In this document: positions 35,041 to 48,923 of the stretch, piece by piece
How the letters are laid out: each line of letters begins with the position of its first letter
Position numbering within the stretch: position 1 is the stretch's first letter
DNA from: Eukaryota sp. GEM-RC1
Taxonomy: Eukaryota
Direction of reading: 5' to 3'
Assembly (NCBI GenBank): GCA_040285855.1
Contig: JAUFOQ010000001.1
Span: 3,472,001 to 3,536,000, forward strand
DNA length: 64,000 nt
The notes under the pieces: model-generated
What the model saw: the letters and a program-made list of their open reading frames with translations, nothing else
Database searches by the model: none
Told to the model about the DNA's origin: nothing
Program-made: the position numbers and the translations under genes

Positions 35041-37946
35041 ATGCTTCATTTGGAATGCTCGATCTGCTCCTCAATCTTTGACAAGGCTTCCACGCTTCCT
35101 TGTGGTCACTGCTTTTGTCTCACGTGTATTTCTAAATGGCTAGAAGGGCACCGAAATTGTCCTAATTGTCGTAGACATGCCTCTATCAATGTTGTTGCTC
35201 CTTGTTATGCTCTCCGTGAAGCTGTTGACGCTTTTGTTAAGAATCCCGCCGCCCTACCCGAGATCTCCTCCGAAGACCTCAGTTTCAACCTCAACGATGA
35301 ATTGGGTAGTGGAATAAGCGGAACTGTTTATCTCTGTGAATGGGCTGACACCAATGTTGCTTTGAAGCTCGTCCGTAAAGCTGATCAGAATGAAGCAAGA
35401 CTCTTGCAGGAAGTCTCCCACATGGCCTCTTTGTCTCATCCTTTTGTCCTTCGAGTGTTTGGTATAACCAGACTTCCTAAGCACATTGGTATCTTGATGG
35501 AACTTGGTTCTGGACATTTACAAGTTCCAACATCTCTTGCTCCCACCACCCTTGCTCAAGCTATTGATATATGTACCGCTGTGAAGTACTTGCATTCCAA
35601 GGAAATTGTACACCATGACATTAAGCCTCAAAATGTAGTTATCGTAAACTCACAGGTCAAACTCGCCGATTTTGGTTCTTCACGGACCATGTACAACTAC
35701 ACCTCCACGCTCCAAGTAACTCCGAAGTACACTCCTCCAGAAGCTTTTAAGAAAATCTATGGACCAGCTTTCGACGTTTATAGTCTGGGAATATTGTTTT
35801 ATGAAATGTTTACCAATAGACTTGCTTTTGAAGGTATGCTTGTTTTTGAAGTAGTTGAGGCTAAACAAAATGAACATTTATTGAGCTTTCCTGATGGTTT
35901 TCCTGGGCAAATTTCATCGTTGATTAACAAATGTCTTTCAGTTAATCCTAATGAAAGACCTTGTATTAATGATGTACTGAAAGAGTTGAAAGAAATTCAA
36001 GGAACCATTGAGGTCTTTGAGTTGAACAATTCTCTAGAAAATGATCTTCAAATAGAAAAAAGTAATGATGAATTAGCTTTTGAAGGTTACCAAGAAGCTG
36101 CAGATCGAGGTGATGCTGAAGCCATGGTTAATATGGGTAACTGTTTTCTTAATGGTATTGGGGTAAGCAAGAACGAAAGACAAGCTCTTCACTGGTTCTT
36201 GGAAGCTTATTCTAAGGGAAACTTTAACGCAGGCACATACTTAGGGCAAACTGTTTTTGGTGTCAAAAACACGCAGAATTAGGTAATGAACTTGTAATGA
36301 AAGCTCTTGGTGATTGTTACAAAAGTGGACAAGGAATCCAAAAAGACCAATCGAAAGCTGTATACTGGTATCAAAAAGCGGCAGATTTGGGTAAATCTAG
36401 TGCCATGGTTAATCTTGGTATTTGTTACTACAATGGACAAGGAATCCAAAAAGACCAATCGAAGGCTGTATACTGGTATCAAAAAGCGGCAGATTTGGGT
36501 AAATCTAGTGCCATGGTTAATCTTGGTATTTGTTACTACAATGGACAAGGAATCCAAAAAGACCAATCGAAGGCTGTATACTGGTATCAAAAAGCGGCAG
36601 ATTTGGGTGAATCTAGTGCCATGGTTAATCTTGGTATTTGTTACTACAATGGACAAGGAATCCAAAAAGACCAATCGAAGGCTGTATACTGGTATCAAAA
36701 AGCGGCAGATTTGGGTGAATCTAGTGCCATGGTTAATCTTGGTATTTGTTACTGCAATGGACAAGGAATCCAAAAAGACCAATCGAAGGCTGTATACTGG
36801 TATCAAAAAGCGGCAGATTTGGGTGAATCTAGTGCCATGGTTAATCTTGGTATTTGTTACTACAATGGACAAGGAATCCAAACAGATCACGCAACAGCTG
36901 TGTACTGGTATCAAAAAGCGGCAGATTTGGGTTACTCTGGTGCCATGTCTAATCTTGGTGTTTGTTACGAAATTGGACAAGGAATTGAAAAAGATCACGC
37001 AACAGCTGTGTACTGGTATCAAAAAGCTGCAGATTTGAATCACACTGTTGCAATGAATAATCTTGGTTATTGTTACCAAAATGGACAAGGAATTGAAAAA
37101 GATCACGCCACAGCTGTGTACTGGTATCAAAAAGCGGCAGATTTGGGTTACTCTGGTGCCATGTCTAATCTTGGTGTTTGTTACAAAAATGGACAAGGAA
37201 TCCAAAAAGATCACTCAAAAGCTGTGTACTGGTATCAAAAAGCGGCAGATTTGGGCAACTCTTATGCCATGTATAATCTTGGTGTTTGTTACGAAATTGG
37301 ACAAGGAATTGAAAAAGATCACGCAACAGCTGTGTACTGGTATCAAAAAGCGGCAGATTTGGGTTACTCTGGTGCCATGTCTAATCTTGGTGTTTGTTAC
37401 AAAAATGGACAAGGAATCCAAAAGATCACTCAAAAGCTGTGTACTGGTATCAAAAAGCGGCAGATTTGGGCAACTCTTATGCCATGTATAATCTTGGTGT
37501 TTGTTACGAAATTGGACAAGGAATTGAAAAAGATCACGCAACAGCTGTGTACTGGTATCAAAAAGCGGCAGATTTGGGTAATTCTAGTGCCGTGAATAAT
37601 CTTGGTGTTTGTTACCAAAATGGACAAGGAATTGAAAAAGATCATTCAAAAGCTGTATACTGGTTTCCAAAAAGCGGCAGATTTGGGTGACTCTAATGCC
37701 ATGTATAATCTTGCACTTTGTTACGAAAATGGAGAAGGAATCCAAAAAGACCAATCAAAAACTGTGTACTGGTATCAAAAAGCTGCAGATTTGGGTCACT
37801 CTGATGCCATGTTTAATCTGGGTAATTGTTACGATAATGGAGAAGGAATTGAAAACGACCAATCAAAAGCTGTGTACTGGTATCAAAAAGCTGCAGATTT
37901 GGGTGACTCTGATGCTTTAAGGCAACTAGAACGATTATTGAGTTGA
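35041..37946 (+). CDS. RING finger-Ser/Thr kinase-Sel1 repeat protein, copy 2
   Basis: RING CSIC...PCGHCFCLTC...CPNC and kinase GSGISG, VALK, HHDIKPQN, DFG, TPPE. About 15 tandem 108-bp Sel1 repeats. Frameshifts near 36258, 37420 and 37668. Confidence 0.92.
36297..37915 (+). repeat. 108-bp coding tandem repeat (Sel1-like)
   Basis: Near-identical units such as AMVNLGICYYNGQGIQKDQSKAVYWYQKAADLGESS. Confidence 0.95.
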
Positions 37947-39720
37947 TATCCCGTTTTTAATTATTCAATTGTTTTGGACTTGTCTTTCTTTGTTTCTGTG
38001 ATACATGTACTCACGATTACGTTTTTACTAAAGTCTTTCATCCTCGATAACTCATCTCTTATTTAAAGTGTTCTCAACGTATTTGAGACGAACTGTAGAT
38101 CTCGGGTTTGGAGATTGGTGATCCCCTGATTCTATACTGGATAGAACTTGAAATTGCTTTATCACTACACGACGCAACTTTCATATTTATCTTTATACGG
38201 ACACTAATCTAGAACAAAAAAGGCGATAGTAACTGCATGTGCCGTACCAGTAAGAAAACCATTGGTCAGAGTACGACTATTTCTATGGTTAAGTCATATA
38301 TGATACACTTAATCTAAAACAATTATACACGTACCTATGAAATTAATTGTTAGTCGCCAACTTGAGGGAAGAGTATTGTTCAGAAAAGTGAGTTGATTAT
38401 AAACTAAAGAATCCATCTTTATTTCTGAATGGAAGACATATTAACTACTGTCAATTGCTACATTTCGAAACGACTACTATTGGTATTGTCGCAGCACAAT
38501 TTTGTTGATGTTAGGGATAGTTTTGGAGTAATTTAAAGGAGCTCAGAACATAGCTTTATAACAACAGGAATAGAAAAGGACAGCGCACTTTCTTTCTTTG
38601 AGTTTTAATCTTGGAAATAGAGAAATATTAAAGCAATTAAAACTAAATAAGAGAGTTATGGTGATTACGTGAAGAGCGACCTCTCCTCCCTCTAGTGTTG
38701 TAACGTCATCCTCGAGGGCGGTCGTTCTTTCTCATGTTTTGCACAATGATCGAATAAGCGGCGGTGTTCCTGACGAGCTCGATCGGTTCCCATAACGCTT
38801 CACAGATCCTGCTCCACTATTTAAATGAATTGGATTATTAGAAATTAATTACTGTTTAGTTTTAGTTTCAAATCAAGAAAGTTTACATATTGCTTTGAAC
38901 TTCTTTTGCTTTGAAAGACACAGCTCAATCAACAGAAATAGCAATTGTCATCATATCAACTTAACATGGTACATGTAATTGACCTCGATGTAACTCGTTG
39001 AGACACATTCAGATACAGTTTATTGTCCAAATTCAAATGTTATGATATCTACTTGAGATATTATCAAAATAAGGTCAGTTAACATCCAAAACAGGGTCAT
39101 CCACTTATTTCTACTTCTTTTCATATAAACATCATTGAATCTTTGTTATGAACGCAACTATTGAGGGGAAATGCAAATATATGTATTTTCCAGTACAATG
39201 TACTTATATTTGTATAAATACAAAGCCCTTACTGTATTTGTATTTTTTTGGTATAATTGGTGATAGCATTTACAGTATTTGTAGTTATTAGAATTGGACT
39301 CATCTTGTGTGTTTTTACGTTGTACATTCATGTGGCATCATTACTACAATGTTTGCACTTGTGTTGTTTAGCATTAATCTTAACGCCATACTTTGTACAG
39401 TTTCTCCACTAAACGAGGACGGTTTATTTCGAAAATGAACAACAACGGTGATAGTTCCAACATCTTTGTCCATTTGTCATGCAGTTCATTCTGCCGAATG
39501 CCAAGAACAATCAGTTTTTAAAGAAAGTGTCCTTTAATGAGCAGGGAACATAGATTGACACATCTTATTGATACCTTCAGGTAATAGATTTCATGTCAAA
39601 CATCGACCGTGAATTGAACATTAAATAATGGTATCAGATGAGTGACCCTTCTACTATAGTAGTAACTTAATTGGTAATCATTGAATTGATTCTCTTACTC
39701 TCAAAACCAATACCTTTTCA

Positions 39721-41553
39721 ATGTTGAAGGATGATCTTCTCATGCCAACTTCTGAATCTCTCAACTGTCAAGGCCATGTTTCTCCAAATCAAACCAATTC
39801 CACCCCTGATAGTTTCGTCCCACACGAGTCCTCTTCTTGTCATGTACTACCCTCCACTGAACAGTCTCTATCTCCTTACTTGTCACCTTTATCATGTTCC
39901 CATTCAGACTTATCTGAACATGCACTAACCATGTATTCAGACAAGTCACCATGTCATACGATCTCTCTCCAGCAGTCTCTATTGGTGCATGTCTTCACTC
40001 ACATGATACGTGCTGTACACTCTTGTCTTGATGATGATGAAGTGCAATTTTATGACTTCTCAACCCTAACACTCAAGCTTCCAAACGTGTTTACAAAAAT
40101 TGGTAGTATTAGTAGACTTTTTTTTCATTCCACTCTTCTTGCCACTCGGACCTTCTTGGAACAGAATTCCTTTCATGTTGTTGATGTTGATCTTCCATTA
40201 CTCTGCTCTTTTGTTTCGTTCTTTAATGCTGAATTACAATCGATCTCACTTACTGTCACGTCATCTTTACTGGACAATTTCCCCGATTATTATCCAATCA
40301 TTCTTGGATTGACTTTTGATTGGGATAGAATGGAAAATTTCAGTTTTCACGAGTCATTTTATCTTCTTCGACTACCTAGGCTTATGTTTCTTGATTGTAG
40401 TTGCTCATTTGATTTTGATGATGACGTGGGCAACACATTTGGAATTAGTATCAAAAATGTCGTAATGCTAGCAGAAACTTTGAAAATTAATTCAACGATA
40501 ACTGAAATCGATTTAAGTGGAAATTCCATTGATCATTTAGGTGCTGAAGCGTTAGCTGAAGCTTTGAAAGTCAATTGTACGATTACAAGTCTTGATCTTA
40601 GTGGTAACTTTATTGAAACTGAAGGTACAAAAGCACTTGCTGAAGCATTAACAATTAATTCAACGATAACTGAAATCGATTTAAGTGGAAATTCTATAGG
40701 TAACAAAGGTGCTAAAGCATTAGCCGAACCCATAGCAATCAATTCTACAATTTTAAAAATTAATTTAGGTGACAATTCTATAGGTGACAGAGGTGCCTTG
40801 GCATTAGCTAAAGCCTTGAAAATTAATTCTACGATTACAAGTCTTGATCTAGATGGCAACTTTATAGGTGATAAAGGTATCGTGGCATTAGCTGGGGCTT
40901 TCAGAATCAATTCTACAATTTCCAAGATTCATTTAGGTGGCAACTCTTTTGGGGATGAAGGTGTTAATCCAATCAGTGCTCAAGGTGTTTCTGTTTTATG
41001 TGAGATTTTAAAATTCAATTCCAGTATTTCTTCTATTAATTTATGGTGTCATTCTATTGGTGACGAGGGGGCAACTTCAATTTCAGAAATGTTGAAGGTC
41101 AATTCAGCAATAACAAAAATCCATTTCGGCTTCAACTCTATTGGAGATGAAGGTGCTAAGGTGTTGTCGGGTGTGTTGAGAACTAATTCCACTATTACTG
41201 AAATTGGTCTAGATGGTAATTCTATTGGAATTGGAGGTGCTAGCTCATTATTTGAAGCTTTAAAACAGAATTCTAGCCTTCGATTGATCAATCTCGGGGG
41301 AAACTCTATTGGAGATGAAGGTGTTAGTGTATTAGCCGAGATGTTAAAAATCAATTCAACTGTTACTAAAATATTTCTAAGCGGCAACTCAATAGGTGAT
41401 AAAGGGGCAATGATGATAGCCGAAGCATTAAAAGTCAATTCTGCAATTACTGTAGTTTACCTCGGAACCCTTCCTATTGACGACCAATGTGTCCAACTCC
41501 TTAAAACAATGTCAAAGAATCGCATTATGTGTAAGTCTGCTAACACTAGTTAG
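39721..41553 (+). CDS. RNI/NLRC3-like leucine-rich-repeat protein
   Basis: 610-aa ORF with about 12 28-residue repeats LKINSTITEIDLSGNSIG. No NACHT P-loop seen. Confidence 0.88.
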   Translation: MLKDDLLMPTSESLNCQGHVSPNQTNSTPDSFVPHESSSCHVLPSTEQSLSPYLSPLSCSHSDLSEHALTMYSDKSPCHTISLQQSLLVHVFTHMIRAVHSCLDDDEVQFYDFSTLTLKLPNVFTKIGSISRLFFHSTLLATRTFLEQNSFHVVDVDLPLLCSFVSFFNAELQSISLTVTSSLLDNFPDYYPIILGLTFDWDRMENFSFHESFYLLRLPRLMFLDCSCSFDFDDDVGNTFGISIKNVVMLAETLKINSTITEIDLSGNSIDHLGAEALAEALKVNCTITSLDLSGNFIETEGTKALAEALTINSTITEIDLSGNSIGNKGAKALAEPIAINSTILKINLGDNSIGDRGALALAKALKINSTITSLDLDGNFIGDKGIVALAGAFRINSTISKIHLGGNSFGDEGVNPISAQGVSVLCEILKFNSSISSINLWCHSIGDEGATSISEMLKVNSAITKIHFGFNSIGDEGAKVLSGVLRTNSTITEIGLDGNSIGIGGASSLFEALKQNSSLRLINLGGNSIGDEGVSVLAEMLKINSTVTKIFLSGNSIGDKGAMMIAEALKVNSAITVVYLGTLPIDDQCVQLLKTMSKNRIMCKSANTS

Positions 41554-42712
41554 TTTAACTCATGCTTAAAACGAGTTTTAATTGCACTTACCACCATTTT
41601 TGGGAGGAAGAAGTCATTCTCATTCTCTAAACAAAAAGTGAAAAATTGATCATCATTAACAGTTTATATGGCTACATTGAAGTCGTTTTCTTTAGTTTTT
41701 TTGACAGTGTTACAGGAACTATATGCCCCTATATCAATATAATCATCGTCCAACGAAAATGTTCAGGTACTATCTTGATAATGCCTTTCAAGAGATGACA
41801 AATCATTAAAGACAGAGGTTACCACAAACAGTTTACTCATTCTTAAAAGTAATATTGAAGTATGTTTTACAAAAAATTCAACACTTAAACTGAATTAAAC
41901 AAGATTACGATGGTGAAAAAAACAGTGAGGTTGACATCAACATTTTTGTTCTATTAATCCCGATATACTCTAAAACATCTAATAGAGCGCCACCCCCTAA
42001 TTTTTGGGGTTTGGGGGTGGCGTTGTATTAGATGCTTTAGAGTAATTAGTTGTTTGTTAATAGAGTACAAATTCAAATTCAGTTTTGTGCATTGATTTTC
42101 AACCGTAACTGTTGTCACCGAGAAACAGAAGGCCACATACTATAGATTGACTTGTTTGCAAGAAAATACGTGTTTTCGAAAGCAGTTTACAAAAACAAAA
42201 TGATAATGTTGGTAGTCACAACAAAAGGAATTGATTCGGTTTGGCTTCATTTTATTGAGCAGACCTTTTTGAGAGAATAAAGTGATTCATTGGAAATAGT
42301 TTTTGAAACAATTTTGATAAACAGTGATTTTTAAAAAATTGCCATTCATCACTTGTAGAATCTAATAATCATACTTCTTTCTATTTCGAATTCGCTCTAC
42401 TGGTATGGTAAGAAACAGTTTATTGATGGAGGGTACAAAATTACATGTTTTAATAAAAGCTATGAAACACTAGACACCGAAAATTCCTGGTCAACAGTGC
42501 CACAGTTTTTATACAACTTTGTGAAAATTGATTTAAAAACTTAGGCACCGAACGAAACAAAAAGAAAATCAAACGGTTATGCCAAATTGATGGGTTAAAT
42601 CTCTTATTCTGAGAATCCAAAATCAGATAAAAACTTAGAAGTCATTTCACCAATACAACCAAAAATAGAAATAGCAAATGGAACAAATATAAATTTTGAA
42701 TATAAATTTTGA

Positions 42713-43420
42713 TTGAGTTTAGCAACAGCTGATCTTCAATGTAGCTGTGGACAACAATTAACGTTTTCTCATCTGTTAAGTTGTAATCGCTACATAACTT
42801 TTCGAACGTGTATGCATGATGCTATAAGAGATCAAATACATGATATGTGTAAGTCTTGCAAAATTGAGTCATTTGTTGAACCACTTCTAAGATCTTTAGA
42901 ACCAAGAAATAATTGTAATGTCGAAAAACAGAACCAATTTTTGGTAAACGGAGAGCAGATGTTGTTGTCCCTTCTTCTTCAGACAAATTGTTTGTCGTTG
43001 ATGTAGTGTCAGTGGATGTTTGTAAAAAGACATCGTTAAAGAACGCTTCGTCTGAAACTTCTCCTTTAGACATTTCTGAACAGGCCAAACAGGATAAGTA
43101 CAAGAAACCATTGATGGCATTAAAAACATGTAAAACATGTAAAACATGTTGAGTACGAATTATGCCCTTTTGATGTTTCAATTTACTGACGTTTAGGAAA
43201 AAGTGCTTTGAATTTTTTAAACGACTTCAAAATAGGATGAACAAACGTTTTGATCATATGTTATGGTTGAATCGGATCGTTTTTACTGTTTGTAAAACAG
43301 TTCCCCTAATCATCTCCAAAGCTTTATTAGCAGTGAGCTCCTTTTATGAGGACAAAGCTGCTGTAAGGTTTGATAGCGACGGATGTTGTTTTAATGATAT
43401 CAAATTTTGGTTGTTTAGTC
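42713..43420 (+). mobile_element. Non-LTR retrotransposon C-terminal zinc finger/restriction-like endonuclease remnant
   Basis: CSCG...HLLSC...HDAIRD...FVEP, then in another frame RADVVVP...LFVVDV and K..KY. Frameshifted. Confidence 0.7.
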
Positions 43421-44404
43421 TAATTTTTACAATAACAAATATTTCTAAAAAAATGTGTGATATTATAATAAATTTGAATAGTCACTTCATTCACTTCGTA
43501 AAGAATTTTGGTTAGACCCTCAAGATGAGGGTGTACTGTTGGAAGATTTGAAATAATGATTGATTGATTGAAGGAACTGGGACTTCACAAAGCTATCAAA
43601 GGTCCACATAAACTGAAGTGAAAGCATTCTGTACATCAAGATCACCCGAAAATTCCGGTTCCTCTCTAAGTATTCTACTTTAGTATTGTGTTAGTAATTC
43701 GCATATCAAGCTGTATGACTATTTTGGAAACAGTGGAAGCGCTGCAGTGGGTTCGCTTTGAATGTAGTTGGTGATCACTTTGTGTTTGAATTAAGTGTAA
43801 TCAATCACTCTTTTGGTTTGATTGGAGTATGATCTTGTTGTATAGAAGTATATCAAACAATATGAAAGGAATTAGTAAAGTACATATGACTCATTAATTG
43901 ATGTAGAGAAAGTTGAAACACGCATGTATTAGTTCGTTCATAGAAAACGATGCTCAAGGTGATATGTAAATAGTGTTGAATTGAAGCTAAACAGTAATTA
44001 ATTTCTAATCGTATAATTTAGTATTAGGGACGTTAAATGGTTTTGTTAATCACTAGTATGAACTGACGTGAATCGGTTCCCAATTTGGCCCCCTTGTCCC
44101 CACAATAACTAACAAAGTCTTGTTATGGCAAGATTTTGGAGTCTAGGTAGAAGAAAACAACAGTATACATATATTGTCTCAAGACGACTTTTGATTGATA
44201 TAATCTCCAGTATTTTATCCAAAAAAATATGTTCGAAAATGATTGAAGTAAATTCATTTTAAATTTAGTAACATTAGTTATGTCGACTCAAGTGAAGTCA
44301 AGTAAATTAAAGTAAGAGTTGCGAGGAGTGTATCAGAGAGTCTACGAGAAGTTGAACTACAGAACACAAGTTACAAGTGATCACCTCGATTTGTAATTAA
44401 CACA

Positions 44405-47400
44405 TCATCCTAATAGTCGTTCTAGTTGCCTTTGGGCTTTAGAGTCACCCAAATCTGCAGCTTTTTGACACCAGTACACCGCTTTTGAGTGATCTTTTGG
44501 ATTCCTTGTCCATTGTAGTAACTAGCACCAAGATTAAACATAGCATCAGAGTGACCCAAATCTGCAGCTTTTTGGAAACCAGTACACAGCTTTTGAGTGA
44601 TCTTTACGGATTCCTTGTCCATTGTAGTAACTAGCACCAAGATTAAACATAGCATCAGAGTGACCCAAATCTGCAGCTTTTTGGAAACCAGTACACAGCT
44701 TTTGAGTGATCTTTACGGATTCCTTGTCCATCGAAGCAACAAATACCAAGATTATTCATGGCACCAGAATTTCCCAAATCTGCAGCTTTTTGAAACCAGT
44801 ACACAGCTTTTGAGTGATCTTTACGGATTCCTTGTCCATTGTAGTAACTAGCACCAAGATTAAACATAGCATCAGAGTGACCCAAATCTGCAGCTTTTTG
44901 GAAACCAGTACACAGCTTTTGAGTGATCTTTACGGATTCCTTGTCCATCGAAGCAACAAATACCAAGATTATTCATGGCACCAGAATTTCCCAAATCTGC
45001 AGCTTTTTGATACCAGTACACAGCTGTTGCGTGATCTTTTTGGATTCCTTGTCCATTTTTGTAACAAAAACCAAGACTAATCATGGCACCAGAATTTCCC
45101 AAATCTGCAGCTTTTTGATACCAGTATACCGCTTTTGAGTGATCTTTTTGGATTCCTTGTCCATTGTAGTAACTAGCACCAAGATTAAACATAGCATCAG
45201 AGTGACCCAAATTGGCAGCTTTTTGATACCAGTAGGCAGCTTTTGAGTGATCTTTTGGATTCCTTGTCCATTCTCGTAACAAAAACCAAGAGTAAACATG
45301 GCATCAGAATTTCCCAAATCTGCAGCTTTTTGATACCAGTACACAGCTGTTGCATCATCTTTTTGGATTCCATTTTCGTAACAATCACCAAGATTATTCA
45401 TGGCAAAAGAATTTCCCAAATCTGCAGCTTTTTGATACCAGTACACAGCTTTTGAGTGATCTTTTGGATTCCTTGTCCATTTTCGTAACAATCACCAAGA
45501 TTATTCATGGCAAAAGAATTTCCCAAATCTGCAGCTTTTTGATACCAGTACACAGCTTTTGAGTGATCTTTTGGATTCCTTGTCCATTTTCGTAACAAAT
45601 ACCAAGATTATTCATGGCATTAGAATTTCCCAAATCTGTAGCTTTTTGATACCAGTACACAGCTGTTGCGTGATCTTTTGGATTCCTTGTCCATTTTCGT
45701 AACAATCACCAAGATTATTCATGGCACCAGAATTTTCCAAATCTGCAGCTTTTTGATACCAGTACACCGCTTTTGAGTGATCTTTTGGATTCCTTGTCCA
45801 TTTTCGTAACAAATACCAAGATTATTCATGGCATTAGAATTTCCCAAATCTGTAGCTTTTTGATACCAGTACACAGCTGTTACGTGATCTTTTTGGATTC
45901 CTTGTCCATTTTCGTAACAATCACCAAGATTATTCATGGCACCAGAATTTTCCAAATCTGCAGCTTTTTGATACCAGTACACCGCTTTTGAGTGATCTTT
46001 TGGATTCCTTGTCCATTTTCGTAACAATCACCAAGATTATTCATGGCACCAGAATTTTCCAAATCTGCAGCTTTTTGATACCAGTACACCGCTTTTGAGT
46101 GATCTTTTGGATTCCTTGTCCATTTTCGTAACAAATACCAAGATTATTCATGGCATTAGAATTTCCCAAATCTGTAGCTTTTTGATACCAGTAAACAGCT
46201 TTTGAGTGCTCCTTTTGGATTCCTTCTCCATTGTGGTAACAAACACCGAGATTATTCATTGCAACTGTTTTACCCAAATTGGCAGCCTGTTGATACCAGT
46301 AAACAGCTTTTGAGTGATTCTTTTGGATTCCTTCTCCATGGTGGTAACAAACACCCAAAGCAGTCATTGCAAGTTCATCGCCTATTTCTGCGTGTATTTG
46401 ACACCATTGAATAGTTTGCCCTAAGTTATTTCTCGCGTTAGAGTTTCCCTTATAAAGAGCTTCCAAGAACCAGTAAACAGCTTGTCTTTCGTTCTTGTTT
46501 ACCCCAATACCATTAAGAAAACAGTTACCCAGATTAACCATGGCTTCAGCATCACCTCGTTCTGCAGCTTCTTGGTAACCTTCAAAAGCTAATTCATCAT
46601 TACTTTTTTCTATTTGAAAATCATTTTCTATAGTATTGTTCAACTCAAAGACTTCAATGGTTCCTTGAATTTCTTTCAACTCTTTCAGTACATCATTAAT
46701 AGAAGGTCTTTCACTAGGATTAACTGAAAGACATTTGTTAATCAAGGTTAAAATTGGCACAGGAAAACCATCAGGAATGCTCAATAAATGTTCTTTTGTT
46801 TAGCCTCAACTACTTCAAAAACTGACATACTTTCAAAGGCAAGTCTATTGGTAAACATTTCATAAAACAATATTCCCAGACTATAAACGTCGAAAGCTGG
46901 TCCATATTTTTTACTGAAAGCTTCTGGAGGAGTGTACTTCGGAGTTACTTGGAGCGTGGAGGTGTAGTTGTACATGGCCCGTGAAGAACCAAAATCGGCG
47001 AGTTTGACCTGTGAATTTACGATAATGACATTTTGGGGCTTAATGTCATGGTGGACAATTTCCTTGGAATGCAAGTACTTCACAGCGGTACATATATCAA
47101 TAGCTTGAGCAAGGGTGGTGGGAGAAAGAGATGTTGGAACTTGTAAATGTCCAGAACCAAGTTCCATCAAGATACCAATGTGCTTCGGAAGTCTGGTTAT
47201 ACCAAACACTCGAAGGACAAAAGGATGAGACAGAGAGGCCATGTGGGAGACTTCCTGCAAGAGTCTTGCTTCATTCTGATCAGCTTTACGAACGAGTTTC
47301 AAAGCAACTTTGGCGTCAGCCCATTCACAGAGATAAACAGTTCCGCTAATTCCACTACCCAATTCATCGTTGAGGTTGAAACTGAGGTCTTCAGACAGTA

Positions 47401-47623
47401 TCTCGGGAAGGGCGGCGGGATTCTTGACAAAAGCGTCAACAGCTTCACGGAGAGCATAGCTAGGGGCAACATCATTGATAGAGGCTTGCTTACGACAATT
47501 AGGACAATTTTGGTGTGCTTCTAGCCATTCAGAAATACACGTGAGACAAAAACAGTGACCACAGGGCAGTGTGGAAGCTTTGTCAAAGGTTGAGGTGCAG
47601 ATCGAGCAATCTAAATGAAGCAT
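44405..47623 (-). CDS. RING finger-Ser/Thr kinase-Sel1 repeat protein, copy 3 (many apparent frameshifts)
   Basis: Same architecture as copy 2. About 18 Sel1 units ending KAQRQLERLLG*. Repeated 1-nt indels in A/T runs. Confidence 0.88.
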
Positions 47624-48099
47624 TATAGAGATGAGAGAAAGATTCACTAAATTTGTGTTAGCTCAAAACTGTCACGTGGCATCTATATATACATTATACA
47701 CCATGTCCATTGTTTGAATAGATACTTCAAGAAAAAACATCGAGGGTTTTGACCTTGGGAATCAACAGCAATTGTTGTCAAGATCCACTTGTCACTGGAT
47801 GGTGAGTCTACAACAGTTTTTGGAAAGTCTTGACGCTGATGTTTGGTCGTCACTCGTTCCTGTTTGTCAGATTCCTCAATGAAGTGTTTTTTCTCTTCCA
47901 ATGTGTGTTTATCAACTACAGAAAAAATTCATCAGTAATCACGGAAGCTTGGATTTTCAAAATCGTATTAGCTCAGCTAAAACTTATCGTCTCGCTTTTT
48001 TGTCTTTCTTGATGGATGTTTCTAGCGATTGTGCTTGAGCGCTGGTTATTCGTCAGACAATTTTGTTTTAATCTAGAAGATCATGAATGACTGATATAC

Positions 48100-48730
48100 A
48101 TGCGACTAAGATTAGGCATGTGACCCAATGGTGTATTACAAAAGTCTTATTGCAGTTGATCAAAATCTTTGAATGTCACGGTCAATCATGTTGTTAATTG
48201 TAGTAAATTTATTCATATGAGATCTGAAAGCCACAACAGTGTTCGTGATCAGTGTTTATCTATGTTCAGATCTAATGGTTTCCACGGCCAAATTGAACCT
48301 CTTTTATCTGCATTTTCTGATTCAGTTATTCGGAACAAAAGTCGTGGGAATTCATTTGGACCTTCCAATAAGTCCAGTACAATTTCTTGAGAATTTCTCC
48401 ATAGTTGACCCTTGTAGTTCTACTTCTACTAAAAAAGTACTTAGTGATGAATTTTCGGCCATTGACCATGCTGAAGACAAGAAAGTTCGTCAGTACATGG
48501 ATTGTTTTAATCAGATATACTCTCAACGACACATTGCTTTTGTTTTTCAACTCTTTGGGATTTCTTGATATGGAAAATTAGGTACTCCAGCTAATAACTT
48601 CATATTGTTGTTTAAGGACTTGTGTTTATGATTTTGGTAAAAAGCTCAACGGTGGCTTTTGGAGAGATCGTCTAGTATTTGCTTTATTTCGTTCTATGAA
48701 CAATTACTTTGATGTTATCTTGAAGAGTTG
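48100..48730 (+). mobile_element. Non-LTR retrotransposon RLE-domain remnant (second family)
   Basis: CS...NHVVNC...HNSVRDQC...IEPLL...SRG...FSIVDP...AEDKKVRQY, similar to 10030-10375. Confidence 0.65.
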
Positions 48731-48923
48731 GTTTGGTGGTGGTGAATGTTATCACATTTCTTAAACGGATGCTAACAGTATGGTTAATTGCAGAAGTCGC
48801 ACGAACAACTACAAGAATTTAATGCCACTACAAGTCCCTTATAAGTTACGCACTGCTCAAATGGAGATTGCTCAGTTTTACAGTAAACTAAATGTATTTG
48901 CAGACTAAGCTTTTATAAGAAAA

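Noticed and set aside
36279..37645. Long antisense and alternative-frame ORFs over the Sel1 repeats
   Set aside because: These are by-products of a stop-free 108-bp repeat unit.
44405..46800. Programmed frameshifting or phase variation in the Sel1 array
   Set aside because: Indels fall in A/T homopolymers, and the same kind of break occurs in IleRS, cathepsin C and PAP2. Sequencing error is the simpler explanation, although it is not proven without reads.
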